The notes under the pieces were generated by a model. It had not been told where the DNA came from, searched no databases, and worked only from the letters and a program-made list of their open reading frames with translations. Both the position numbers and the translations under genes were made by a program. Below are positions 17,324 through 26,643 of a stretch of DNA of 60,609 nt, piece by piece (the stretch's first letter is position 1; every line of letters starts with the position of its first letter). Source of the stretch: Hyphomonadaceae bacterium (lineage in GTDB: Bacteria > Pseudomonadota > Alphaproteobacteria > Caulobacterales > Hyphomonadaceae); contig JBHIWT010000001.1 in NCBI GenBank assembly GCA_041987265.1, positions 1-60,609 of the forward strand, written 5' to 3'.

Positions 17324-18826
17324 CTATCTCCCCTCTGGGCCAAGGAACGGCACGACATTGACCGCCTGCTCGCCGCTTGCGACGTCCGAGACGGTCAGGC
17401 GGATACGCGAGGAACCGTCAGCATCAAGCGCCCCTGCTGGCGCTGTCACCAGGACGCGATGCCGGTCGACGCCGTCCGGCTCTGCCTGAACGGTGATCCG
17501 CCCGTCTAACGATGTCTCTTCTCCGACGATCGAGATGCTGGCGCCCTCGAGCCCGTCCACGCCGATCTGCAGGTTGCGGTCGGCATGGGCCTTGTTGACG
17601 ACTTTCAGCGTGTAGCTGTTGCGAATGTCGCCATTTGAAAGCCGCACAAAGGGCAGCGAACGGTCCTTGAGCACGTTGAGATCGAGGCTGGAGCGGGTGG
17701 CCAGGCCGAAAGTCATGATGCCCGCGACCGCCAGCATGATGACGACGTAGAGTATGGTCCGGGGACGAAGCAGCCGGAAAGGCGCCGCCGCCTTTCCAGA
17801 CCAGCGCAGCAGGACGTTTTCATCTGTGTCATAGGCGATGAGGCCGGTCGGGCGGTCGATCTTCTTCATGATTGCGTCGCACGCATCAATGCACAGCGCG
17901 CAATGGATACATTCAAGCTGCAGACCCTGGCGGATATCGATGCCCTGTGGGCACACCGCGACGCACTGTTTGCAATCGATGCAATCGCCGCGGCCTTCCC
18001 AGCTTTCGCCTTTCTTGTGCGGGCCGCGCGGGTCGCCACGTTCGGACCGATAGGTGACGGCGAGGGAGTTCTTGTCGATCAAAGCGGACTGAATGCGCGG
18101 CCATGGGCACATATACGTGCACACCTGCTCACGCATTGTGCCGGCCAGCGCATAGGTGGTGAGCGTCAGCAGTCCCGCGAAGATGTATGCCGAGGCCGGG
18201 GCGTCACCGGTGAAGAATGTTTGCGCGAGGGTCGGCGCATCATGCCAATAGAGAATGAAAGCGCCGCCCGTGGCGAAGGCGATGAACAACCACACGATAT
18301 GTTTGCCGATCTTTCGCCACGCCTTGTCGAAACTCCAGGGCTTGCGGTCGAGGCTTATGCGCGCGTTTCGATCCCCCTCGAACAGACGCTCGACGGCGAT
18401 GAACAGGTCGGTCCACACGGTTTGCGGGCATGTGTAGCCGCACCAGACCCGGCCGAAGACGGCTGTGACAAGAAACAGCCCGAGAGCGGCAAGGATCAGC
18501 AGGCCGGTGATGTAGTAGACTTCCTGCGGCCAGATCTCGATGAAGAAGAAGTAGAAACGCTCGCCCGCAAAATCCGCGAGCACCGCCTGATCGCTTGCGC
18601 CTGGCCCGCGCTCCCACCGGATCCACGGCAGCACATAGTAGACGCCCAAAGTGAGGAACAGGATGATCCACTTAAGGCTTCGGAACTTGCCGTAGACCAG
18701 CTTCGGATAGATTTGCTTGCGCTTGGCGTAGAGTTGCAGAGGCGGATCGTCTTCCGGCGGCTGACCGCCGTCCGGCCCGTCCGGGATGCGCGTGTTGCCG
18801 CGGTTATCGATCAGCGTGGAGGCCAA
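17324..18826 (-). CDS. ccoG: CcoG/FixG 4Fe-4S ferredoxin-type membrane protein
   Basis: Cys clusters CIDCKQCVAVCP and CIHCALCIDAC, multiple TM segments, and locus position. Confidence 0.9.
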   Translation of the reverse strand: MASTLIDNRGNTRIPDGPDGGQPPEDDPPLQLYAKRKQIYPKLVYGKFRSLKWIILFLTLGVYYVLPWIRWERGPGASDQAVLADFAGERFYFFFIEIWPQEVYYITGLLILAALGLFLVTAVFGRVWCGYTCPQTVWTDLFIAVERLFEGDRNARISLDRKPWSFDKAWRKIGKHIVWLFIAFATGGAFILYWHDAPTLAQTFFTGDAPASAYIFAGLLTLTTYALAGTMREQVCTYMCPWPRIQSALIDKNSLAVTYRSERGDPRGPHKKGESWEGRGDCIDCKQCVAVCPQGIDIRQGLQLECIHCALCIDACDAIMKKIDRPTGLIAYDTDENVLLRWSGKAAAPFRLLRPRTILYVVIMLAVAGIMTFGLATRSSLDLNVLKDRSLPFVRLSNGDIRNSYTLKVVNKAHADRNLQIGVDGLEGASISIVGEETSLDGRITVQAEPDGVDRHRVLVTAPAGALDADGSSRIRLTVSDVASGEQAVNVVPFLGPEGR

Positions 18827-18831
18827 GCGCG

Positions 18832-19713
18832 TTACTCCCCTCCTCCGAGCGAGTGGACGTAGATCGCCAGCGCACGGATGGTGGCCGGATCGAGCCGGTC
18901 ACGCCAGGCAGGCATCACACCGCCACGGGGGCCGTAGATCGTGCGCTGGATCGTGGCCCGGTCGGAACCGTAGAGCCATTCCGCGTCCGTGAGGTTCGGG
19001 GCTCCCTCCGTCTCGCCGCCGACACCAGTCTCAGCGTGGCAGCTGGCGCACTCGCGTTGAAACAGAGGCGCCGCCCGCGCGACCGCCTCGGCGTTCGCCT
19101 CCCGGCCCGACAGGTCGACCACATACTCGACAAGGTCTGATATCTGGGCCGCGTCGAGGAACTGATCGCGGCCGAATGCAGGCATATCGTTGGTATGTGC
19201 GTCTGGCTCGCCAGAGCGGATACCGTGAGCGATTGTCGCCTCGATCTCGTCTTCATGGCCGCCCCACAGCCAGACATCGTCGGCGAGCGTGGGATAGCCG
19301 GGAGCGCCGCCGCCGCCCGCGCCGTGGCACGTGGCGCAATTGTCGCCGAAGAAGCTTTCTCCAAGCGCCAGAGTGAACTGGCGCCGTTGCGGGTCAGCCA
19401 TGATTTCCTCGACGGTCGAGGATTCCAGTTCGCGGCTGAGCGCTGCGCGCTCTTCGCGCAGGGTTGCGACTTCGGCATGGACGGCAGCGCGATCGGATTC
19501 GCCGAGAACACCGCGTGTGGAGCCCTGGAAGCCCGGCAAGGCGGGCCATGCGGGCATCAGCACCCAATAGACGATCGAGAACGCGACGCTTGCGTAGAAG
19601 ATCCACAGCCACCAGCGCGGCAGCGGATTGTTCAGTTCCTTGATCCCGTCCCATTCGTGACCGGTGGTCTCGACGCCGGTGACGTGATCGACATCATTCG
19701 GCTGGTCGGTCAT
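18832..19713 (-). CDS. ccoP: cbb3 oxidase diheme subunit III CcoP/FixP
   Basis: Two heme motifs, CATCHG and CASCHA, and an N-terminal TM segment. Confidence 0.9.
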   Translation of the reverse strand: MTDQPNDVDHVTGVETTGHEWDGIKELNNPLPRWWLWIFYASVAFSIVYWVLMPAWPALPGFQGSTRGVLGESDRAAVHAEVATLREERAALSRELESSTVEEIMADPQRRQFTLALGESFFGDNCATCHGAGGGGAPGYPTLADDVWLWGGHEDEIEATIAHGIRSGEPDAHTNDMPAFGRDQFLDAAQISDLVEYVVDLSGREANAEAVARAAPLFQRECASCHAETGVGGETEGAPNLTDAEWLYGSDRATIQRTIYGPRGGVMPAWRDRLDPATIRALAIYVHSLGGGE

Positions 19714-19870
19714 CGCCTGGTTCCTTTTCTTGGAGCGGTATCTGGGAGGCTTTGTCGAAAGTCTTCGCGTTTGACGGCCACAGGGCGTAGGCGACGGCGC
19801 AACCGAAGATCGCGACGAAGTAGACCAGCCCCCAGGTCTGAGCGAATGCAGACAGCGATTCGTAGGTCAT
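19694..19870 (-). CDS. ccoQ: cbb3 oxidase subunit CcoQ/FixQ
   Basis: Below the ORF-track cut-off. Sequence MTYESLSAFAQTWGLVYFVAIFGCAVAYALWPSNAKTFDKASQIPLQEKEPGDDRPAE. Overlaps the ccoP start. Confidence 0.8.
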   Translation of the reverse strand: MTYESLSAFAQTWGLVYFVAIFGCAVAYALWPSNAKTFDKASQIPLQEKEPGDDRPAE

Positions 19871-19874
19871 GCCG

Positions 19875-20651
19875 CTACCTCTGGTTGGTCAGGTCGTCGG
19901 CTTCGTAGGTCGACAAATCGACCATTGTTCCGAGCGTTTGCATGTAGGCGATCAAGGCGTCCATCTCGGTCGGCGGTCCGCGTTGACCGTCGAAGTCCCG
20001 AACGAGGACCGTACCTTCCCTGCCTGCGAGTTCGTCGTAGGCGGCGACCATTCCATCCCATTCGGAGTCGGGATCTGCCTGATACGCCATGTGGTCGCGC
20101 GCGTTCTCAATCATTTCGTCCGTGTATGGCGCGCCCACCGTGCGCAGCGACTTCATCTCGTTCTGGACGAGCGAAGGATCGATGCGGCGGCCTTCAAGGA
20201 AGGCGTAAGGCGGCATGATGGATTCCGGCACGAGCGCGCGCGGATCAATCAGGTGTTCACGGTGCCAGTCATCGGAATACTTGCCGCCGACGCGCGCGAG
20301 ATCCGGACCCGTGCGCTTCGAGCCCCACAGGAACGGGTAGTCGTACATGCTCTCGGCCGCCAGCGAGTAGTGGCCGTATCGCTCGACCTCATCGCGGAGC
20401 GGGCGGATCATCTGCGAATGGCAGACGCTGCAGCCCTCGCGCATGTAGATCTTCTGCCCCGCAAGCTCGAGCGGCGTATACGGGCGAACCCCCTTCACCT
20501 GCTCGATCGTGTTCTTCAGGTAGAACAACGGCACGATCTCGATCAGTCCGCCGATGGCGACCATCACCAGGATGCCCGCGAGCAGGATGGCGGTGTACTT
20601 CTCGAAGTACTTGTGCTGACGCATCAGCCAGCTTTGGCGTGTCTTGGCCAT
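19875..20651 (-). CDS. ccoO: cbb3 oxidase monoheme subunit II CcoO/FixO
   Basis: Heme motif [11 protein letters not shown] and conserved [22 protein letters not shown]. Confidence 0.95.
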   Translation of the reverse strand: MAKTRQSWLMRQHKYFEKYTAILLAGILVMVAIGGLIEIVPLFYLKNTIEQVKGVRPYTPLELAGQKIYMREGCSVCHSQMIRPLRDEVERYGHYSLAAESMYDYPFLWGSKRTGPDLARVGGKYSDDWHREHLIDPRALVPESIMPPYAFLEGRRIDPSLVQNEMKSLRTVGAPYTDEMIENARDHMAYQADPDSEWDGMVAAYDELAGREGTVLVRDFDGQRGPPTEMDALIAYMQTLGTMVDLSTYEADDLTNQR

Positions 20652-20660
20652 GATGGCTTC

Positions 20661-22313
20661 CTATTCTGCGGGCTGAAGGGCTGCCGGCGCGACGTCAGGC
20701 TCGCTGGAACGAACATCGCCGCGCGCGGTGCGCACAAGGTTGTAGACCATGATCAATGCGCCGGAGAGGTACAGCAGACCGCCGAGCGCCCGGATGATGT
20801 AGGAGATGTGCTTCGCTTCGACAGTCTCGACGAAGGCGTATTCGAGGAAGCCGTACTCATTGTAAGCGCGCCACATCAGGCCTTCCATGATGCCCGACAC
20901 CCACATCGAGCAGATGTAGAGGACGATGCCGATCGTCGCGATCCAGAAGTGCCATTCAACCAGCGCGTTGGAATACAGGCGCTGACGCTTCCAGATCCAT
21001 TGCGTCAGGCAGTAAATCGCGCCGAAGGAGATGAAGCCCACCCAGCCGAGCGCGCCGGAATGGACGTGACCGATACCCCAGTCGGTATAATGCGAGAGCG
21101 CGTTGACTTCGCGCACCGACATGACCGGCCCCTCGAACGTCGACATGCCGTAGAAAGCGACGGCGACGACCATCATGCGGACAACCGGATCGGTGCGCAG
21201 CTTGTCCCACGCGCCCGACAGGGTCATCAAACCGTTGATCATGCCGCCCCAGCTGGGCATCCAGAGCATGATCGAGAAGGTCATGCCGAGCGTTTGCGCC
21301 CATTGCGGAAGCGCCGTGTAATGCAGGTGATGCGGCCCCGCCCAGATGTAGATGAAGATCAGCGACCAGAAGTGGACGATGGACAGACGGTAGGACCAGA
21401 CTGGCCGCTCGACCCGCTTGGGAATGAAGTAGTACATCATCCCGAGAAAGCCTGCCGTCAGGAAGAAGCCGACCGCGTTGTGACCGTACCACCACTGGAT
21501 CAGGGCGCTCTGCACGCCGCCGAACACCGAATATGATTTGACGCCCATGTCGGCCGGGATCGCCAGCGCGTTGACGACGTGCAGCATGGCGATCGTGACG
21601 ATGAAGCCGAGATAGAACCAGTTCGCAACGTAGATGTGCGGTTCCTTGCGCTTCCAGAGCGTACCGAGGAAGACCATAAGATAAGCGACCCAGACGATCG
21701 TCAGCCACAAGTCGGCGTACCATTCCGGCTCGGCGTATTCCTTTGTCTGCGTCACACCGGCGAGGTAGCCGGTCGCGGCGATGACGATGAAGAGCTGGTA
21801 GCCCCAGAAGACAAACCACGGCCACATGCCGCCGGCCAGTCGTGTGCGGCAGGTGCGCTGCACCACGTAGAATGAGGTCGCGATCAGCGCGTTGCCGCCG
21901 AACGCAAAAATCACCGCAGAGGTATGCAGTGGACGCAGGCGGCCGAAATTGGTGAAGCCCCATTCCGGGAAGTAGAAAAGGTTCGGCCAGGTTAGCTGGA
22001 GCGCGATGATCAGGCCGACCAGGAAACCGGCGATACCCCAGAACATCGTCGCGACGATGCCCGCCTTGACGACGCCTTCTTCGTAATAGGTGGGATCAAA
22101 CCGGGCTGCGTCCTTGGCCGTCAGATGCCAGTTCCAGATCGCACCGATACCCAGAAGCGCGGCCAGCGCCAGAATCCCCATATGCGCCATGAACACGCCG
22201 TCTACAGCGTTGGCGGCCCCGGCGATGGCGGCGATGAGCACAAGTGTCAGAAGCACGATGACCGACAGCGCACTGCCGTCGGTGTCCTCTCGCGCGGCGG
22301 TTCCTGCGGCCAT
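20661..22313 (-). CDS. ccoN: cbb3 oxidase catalytic subunit I CcoN/FixN
   Basis: Polytopic heme-copper oxidase: [41 protein letters not shown]. Confidence 0.95.
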   Translation of the reverse strand: MAAGTAAREDTDGSALSVIVLLTLVLIAAIAGAANAVDGVFMAHMGILALAALLGIGAIWNWHLTAKDAARFDPTYYEEGVVKAGIVATMFWGIAGFLVGLIIALQLTWPNLFYFPEWGFTNFGRLRPLHTSAVIFAFGGNALIATSFYVVQRTCRTRLAGGMWPWFVFWGYQLFIVIAATGYLAGVTQTKEYAEPEWYADLWLTIVWVAYLMVFLGTLWKRKEPHIYVANWFYLGFIVTIAMLHVVNALAIPADMGVKSYSVFGGVQSALIQWWYGHNAVGFFLTAGFLGMMYYFIPKRVERPVWSYRLSIVHFWSLIFIYIWAGPHHLHYTALPQWAQTLGMTFSIMLWMPSWGGMINGLMTLSGAWDKLRTDPVVRMMVVAVAFYGMSTFEGPVMSVREVNALSHYTDWGIGHVHSGALGWVGFISFGAIYCLTQWIWKRQRLYSNALVEWHFWIATIGIVLYICSMWVSGIMEGLMWRAYNEYGFLEYAFVETVEAKHISYIIRALGGLLYLSGALIMVYNLVRTARGDVRSSEPDVAPAALQPAE

Positions 22314-22402
22314 TTCTGCTCCTCAAAGCTGTCAATTCCGGCAATATATTTCGTGATACCGGTCGATCGCGTACCGGTTATTCAACTGCGCAGATTTGCA
22401 AC

Positions 22403-22416
22403 TTGACGCAAATCAA
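22403..22416. promoter_or_regulatory. FNR/FixK anaerobox TTGAC-GCAA-ATCAA
   Basis: Matches 9 of 10 positions of TTGAT-N4-ATCAA. Centred about 96 nt upstream of the ccoN ATG, the usual position for fixN/ccoN promoters. Confidence 0.7.
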
Positions 22417-22486
22417 ATCAGGGCTCTTGCCGCACTGCGATAAAACGTCCGGCTCCTTGGCGGCCGCGACGTAAGAAAGGTGCATT

Positions 22487-22762
22487 GTGGTGAAAACTTA
22501 CGCTCTATCAGCATTGCTGATGGCCGCAGGTCTAATCGGCTTGGTTGCAGGCCTCGTCGCGCGGTCATGCCTGATGGTGAACAACGAGCTGGCTGGCGCG
22601 TGGTGCGGGGCGCCGCCATCGGCCTGGATCGAGGCCCAGTCCACCGGACATTGCGCAGGCTGCGCACTGGCCCTCATCGGTGCGGCGGCGATGCTGGCGG
22701 GAGCCGGACAGGCGGCGCTACGCACGCTGCCTGCAAAGCGCGAGCGCACCATCCGCTTCTAG
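22487..22762 (+). CDS. candidate small membrane protein with four Cys residues (HCAGC motif)
   Basis: GTG start after AAAGG. Two hydrophobic segments flank a loop holding C28, C40, C56 and C59. Divergent from ccoN and shares the FNR box region. Confidence 0.4.
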   Translation: MVKTYALSALLMAAGLIGLVAGLVARSCLMVNNELAGAWCGAPPSAWIEAQSTGHCAGCALALIGAAAMLAGAGQAALRTLPAKRERTIRF

Positions 22763-22806
22763 CGCTTGAGTCCAACGTGTTCCGGCGGCGCCGCCGCCCG
22801 TCCGTT

Positions 22807-24900
22807 CTAGAAGGATTTAGAGTAGCGCACGTGGACCGCCTGCGGCGCGCCCGTTGAGCCGTAGAAGAAGTTCTCCGGCGAAAGGCTCGGATCTGCCGCA
22901 CGCGCTATGCGTGAGGCGTCCGTTTCGGTCGAACCCGGGCGCGTGATGTAGACCTCATCGAACAGGTTTTCGACGCGGAGCGTCAGCTTGTGAGTGCGGT
23001 CGTCGTCGAGATAGACGTGCCCCGCAAGGTCGACGACGACATAGTCGCCGTAATTGACCGAACCAAAACCGCTGACACTGGCGCGTTGTTCACCAGTGTA
23101 GAGAGCGCTCATATTGACGCCCCAGCGGCCGGAACCGGCGTCATAGGCCGCCCCGATTTTTGCATAGTCCTGAGGGATGCGCTGGATATCGACGCTGGTG
23201 GCGCCGCTAACCTGTTTGGTTTCAGAATTGGTGTAACTGGCGTACGCATACCAGTACTCGTCTACCTGCAAGGCGGCGAATAGCTCGAAACCACGCACCT
23301 CCACTTCGCCATCAACGTTGACGAAGACGCCGTCATAAAACGGACCGTTCGGGTCGGAGCCTGAAATGTCGAGACCGCGGAACGGCATCGTCGTGTCGAT
23401 ACCAGCATCCGCAAACGTTGCTCCGCCAATCAGATTGACGATATTGCGGGCGAAATAGGTCGCCTGCCATTCGAACACGGCGTCCGTTCCGAACGAGCCG
23501 CCGAGCGAGAAGTTGAGATTTTCACTTTCCTCCGGTTCGATGTCGGGATTGCCGAGATACCAGAATTCTTCGATGACGTAGAGCTGTTCGGCGTTGGGCA
23601 GCAGGAACGAAGTGCCGATCAGGCCCTCGGCATAGAAGTTCGGCGTGAAATCGTAGCGGCCGCTGACATTCCAGACCGTGGCGTTGGAGCCGCCGGTCTC
23701 GTTGTGGCGAACACCCACTGCGAAGGCCCCGTTTTCCAGGAACTCATCGCTGGTGCGTATCTGGCCGAAAACGGCGTGAACGTCTTCTTCGGTCGGCTCG
23801 ATCTGCCAGACATCGTCGCGGGCCGAATACTGCTGGAAGTCGTATCCTGCGAGGTATTCAAACGGGCCGCCCGGCGTGATCTTGGCCAGTGCGTTTACGC
23901 CCTTGTCTTCGTAGCCCCAGTAGGCATTGAGCGAGCCAATGTCCTGATTGCCAGTGACAGGGTTGTTGTTGATCGTCGTGTAGTCGGTGTCCCAGTCGTG
24001 CCAGTAGCCCTTGACGAGGAACTGCATCATGTCGCTCGGCGCGTAGTCCAGGCCCAGACTGGCGACATCCTCGTCACGCACGTTCTGTGAGAAAGCTGTT
24101 CGAGACGGGTTCACATAGTCGAGCGCCGCATCGGTGTGTTGGTAGCGGGCGTCGATAGTGAGATTGTCTGCGACCTCCCAACGATATTTGGCGCCGATCG
24201 TGTCCACATCGTAGCCGCGCTTCTTGTCCGTCGCGCTGGGTTCGGAAGCGGTGTAGGCGTCAAAGCCTTCAGCCTTATCCTGCGAAGCGTAGAGCACGTA
24301 ATTTCCGGGCCCGGCTGCGCCACGGATATAGCCGTCGAAGTGCTGGCCTTCATTGGTGTCCAGGCCGATCGAGAAGAGCCCGTCGAAGCCGTCAGTGTAG
24401 CCCCGGGTGACGACATTGATCACACCGGCCGCGGCCTGCGTGCCGAAGAACAGCCCCTGCCCGCCTTTCAACACCTCCACGCGCTCGGTCATGCTGGCGG
24501 GCAGCGTGTCGGTGATCGTGCCGGGATAGAGACGATTGTTGATGCGCACGCCATCGACAAGGAAGAGGATGTCCTGCGAGCGAGATCCCTGCAGCGAGAT
24601 ATCCATATAACTGAACGGGCCGCCGCGCGGCGCGATGAACAGGCCGGGGGTCTTCATCTGCATGGCCGAACTAACGTCGACGAATGCCCCCTCGCGCAGC
24701 TCCTCAGAGGTCAAGACCTCGACATCTGAACCGTACTTCTCCAGTTCCTGCGGGAGGGTTTCCACGATCGTCTGGCCGATGACGACCACGGTTTCCCGCT
24801 CTTCGACCGCGGCGTTGGGGCCAGCCTGCTGCGCGTTGGCCGTGCCTGCCAGAACCGCCGCCAATGCGGTCCCACATGCGAGTTTGGCCAACAGGGCCAT
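22807..24900 (-). CDS. TonB-dependent receptor
   Basis: The ATG at 24900 gives the signal MALLAKLACGTALAAVLAGTANAQQ. Plug motifs ETVVVIG and VEVLKGGQGLFFGTQAAAGVINVVTR. Terminal aromatic residue (YSKSF). Confidence 0.9.
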   Translation of the reverse strand: MALLAKLACGTALAAVLAGTANAQQAGPNAAVEERETVVVIGQTIVETLPQELEKYGSDVEVLTSEELREGAFVDVSSAMQMKTPGLFIAPRGGPFSYMDISLQGSRSQDILFLVDGVRINNRLYPGTITDTLPASMTERVEVLKGGQGLFFGTQAAAGVINVVTRGYTDGFDGLFSIGLDTNEGQHFDGYIRGAAGPGNYVLYASQDKAEGFDAYTASEPSATDKKRGYDVDTIGAKYRWEVADNLTIDARYQHTDAALDYVNPSRTAFSQNVRDEDVASLGLDYAPSDMMQFLVKGYWHDWDTDYTTINNNPVTGNQDIGSLNAYWGYEDKGVNALAKITPGGPFEYLAGYDFQQYSARDDVWQIEPTEEDVHAVFGQIRTSDEFLENGAFAVGVRHNETGGSNATVWNVSGRYDFTPNFYAEGLIGTSFLLPNAEQLYVIEEFWYLGNPDIEPEESENLNFSLGGSFGTDAVFEWQATYFARNIVNLIGGATFADAGIDTTMPFRGLDISGSDPNGPFYDGVFVNVDGEVEVRGFELFAALQVDEYWYAYASYTNSETKQVSGATSVDIQRIPQDYAKIGAAYDAGSGRWGVNMSALYTGEQRASVSGFGSVNYGDYVVVDLAGHVYLDDDRTHKLTLRVENLFDEVYITRPGSTETDASRIARAADPSLSPENFFYGSTGAPQAVHVRYSKSF

Positions 24901-25027
24901 GCGATGGCTGCGAACATTCAGCTTCAACTGGAGTCTCCCTAAGCTCATGCGGTCATGGTCCGCCCCGGATCGTCGAGACGCCGCACCGCAGTCGCTGGCC
25001 AAACTGGACCTGATGCGCTGTCGGGTA

Positions 25028-25057
25028 AGGTGAATTACCGTTACACCGCGCGTTACA
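25028..25057. promoter_or_regulatory. repeat motif copy 1: AGGTGAATTACCGTTACA-N5-CGTTACA
   Basis: About 130 nt upstream of the TBDR start. Near-identical to the copy at 25281..25318. Confidence 0.35.
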
Positions 25058-25081
25058 GTTGGATGGCTCTGAATTTGCTAG

Positions 25082-25139
25082 AAAAAATGGGGTCGCGGGA
25101 ATGCGCCGGGAGGACAGCGCGCCGTGGTCGCGACCCCAT
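25082..25139 (-). terminator. intrinsic terminator on the minus strand
   Basis: Perfect 11-bp GC-rich stem ATGGGGTCGCG/CGCGACCCCAT (25087-25097 with 25129-25139) and a 31-nt loop. Followed on the minus strand by TTTTT-C. Confidence 0.55.
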
Positions 25140-25280
25140 GTTCAAGCTGCGACGGAACGCCTGATTGGACGCGTTCAGCCTTACATGGCGTGTTGCATGT
25201 CGCCATCATCTGGGGCGTTCCGTGGGTTAGCGGTTCGCCCGTCGACAGGTGAAAGCTAGGCGCAGCGGGTTTGAGACGTT

Positions 25281-25318
25281 AGGTGAATAACGGTTACAGA
25301 GGTTGATTGTACGTTACA
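25281..25318. promoter_or_regulatory. repeat motif copy 2: AGGTGAATAACGGTTACA-N13-CGTTACA
   Basis: Abuts and overlaps the ATG of the winged-helix regulator gene. Same orientation as copy 1. Confidence 0.35.
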
Positions 25319-26622
25319 TGCACGGAAAATCGCGAGTTCCGGAAGCATTGGACGCGCCGTCGTGTGCGGCCGAGATCGCGCGCATTCGCGAAAACAACCT
25401 CTTGGGCAAGAGCGGTCGCCTTAGCGATCTGTTCGACTATCTGCTTGAGCGGTCATTGAAGAACGAACCGCCGAAGGAAATCGAGATCATCGAAGCGGTG
25501 TTTTCCGGCGGCGGACGGATCACGCCGGAGGATTCTGTAGCCCGCGTCTATGTGCACAGATTGCGCAAGCGGCTTGAGGAGATTGCGGCCAAGGGCGGCG
25601 CGGAAGCCAAGGTTCGGTTTCAGATACCGCGCGGCGAATACCGCCTCATCGCTGAGCAATTGTCGACCGACGCGAGCGACAAGCGCGCGCCGGTTAACGT
25701 ACTGTTTTCGCGCGTGGTATCGGGCGTGCGTTCGCACGGCGTCGCAGCCGGGATCGCGGCAGGCCTCGGCCTCCTGGTGATTGGCAATGTAGCCGCATGG
25801 CCACGGCTGGTGGTCGGCGGACAGTCGAATGCCGGCGGCGAGCTCGCAAATGCGGATCTGTGGGCGCCACTGGTTGATAGCGACGCGCCATTGCTTGTCG
25901 TCGTCGGCGACTATTACATGTTCGGCGAATACGAGGACCGCCTGTTCCTGACCCGGTTGATCCGGGACTTCTCGATCAACTCGAAGGACGATCTGGTCGA
26001 GCAATACCTGACTTCGCCCGAGGCGTTCGACAAGTATGGCGACGTCGCCCTGCAATACCTGCCGACATCAGCCGCCTTTGCCCTGGCCGACCTTTCGCCC
26101 GTGCTTTCGGGCAAGGAGGTTCAGGTAACGCTGGCGTCGGAACTGACCGATACGCAATTGAAGGCCAACGACATCATCTACGTCGGCCTGATCAGCGGGC
26201 TCGGCAAACTGAAGGAGCCGGTGTTCGCCGGGTCACGGTTCGCGATCGGTGAAAGCTACGACATCATTCACGACGCCAGACAGGGCCGGACGTATACGAG
26301 CGAGGCGTTCCTCGCTGCGCCCAGCGATTCCATGTATCGCGATTATGGGCTGTTCAAGGCGTTCAGCGGGCCGACCGGACGGCACATCATGGTGTTGGCC
26401 GGCGCGCGGGACACTGCCCTGATGGGCCTGTCGGAAACCTTGATGGCGACTACCGGCGATGCACGTCTTAACGCGGGCGGCGGCGGTGTTGAGGCGCTGT
26501 TTGAAGTTCAGGGCCGCAAGCACGTGAACCTCGAAGCGCGCCTGCTGGCGGAAGGCGCCGTCGACAACGACGCGATCTGGTCCAGCGCACCGGGCGACAT
26601 GCCAGTATTTCCAAGCCGATAA
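25318..26622 (+). CDS. membrane-bound winged-helix (CadC/ToxR-like) transcriptional regulator with periplasmic domain
   Basis: The N-terminus resembles an OmpR/CadC DNA-binding domain (RVYVHRLRKRLEE ... IPRGEYRL). TM segment GVAAGIAAGLGLLVIGNVAAW, then about 270 aa of extracytoplasmic domain. The ATG at 25318 is preferred over the TTG at 25303. Confidence 0.7.
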   Translation: MHGKSRVPEALDAPSCAAEIARIRENNLLGKSGRLSDLFDYLLERSLKNEPPKEIEIIEAVFSGGGRITPEDSVARVYVHRLRKRLEEIAAKGGAEAKVRFQIPRGEYRLIAEQLSTDASDKRAPVNVLFSRVVSGVRSHGVAAGIAAGLGLLVIGNVAAWPRLVVGGQSNAGGELANADLWAPLVDSDAPLLVVVGDYYMFGEYEDRLFLTRLIRDFSINSKDDLVEQYLTSPEAFDKYGDVALQYLPTSAAFALADLSPVLSGKEVQVTLASELTDTQLKANDIIYVGLISGLGKLKEPVFAGSRFAIGESYDIIHDARQGRTYTSEAFLAAPSDSMYRDYGLFKAFSGPTGRHIMVLAGARDTALMGLSETLMATTGDARLNAGGGGVEALFEVQGRKHVNLEARLLAEGAVDNDAIWSSAPGDMPVFPSR

Positions 26623-26643
26623 TCGCGACCGGTCCGGCGCGCC

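Noticed and set aside
19869-21536. 555-aa plus-strand ORF
   Set aside because: It lies antisense to ccoO and ccoN, whose products have unmistakable conserved motifs. Its composition is Arg/Asp/His-rich and typical of an off-frame GC-rich artefact.
25140-25300. Possible cobalamin or TPP riboswitch upstream of the TonB-dependent receptor
   Set aside because: I could not find a B12-box or the TPP CUGAGA / ACCUGAUCUGGAUAAUGCCAGCG-type cores on either strand. The region is kept only as an unclassified structured RNA candidate.
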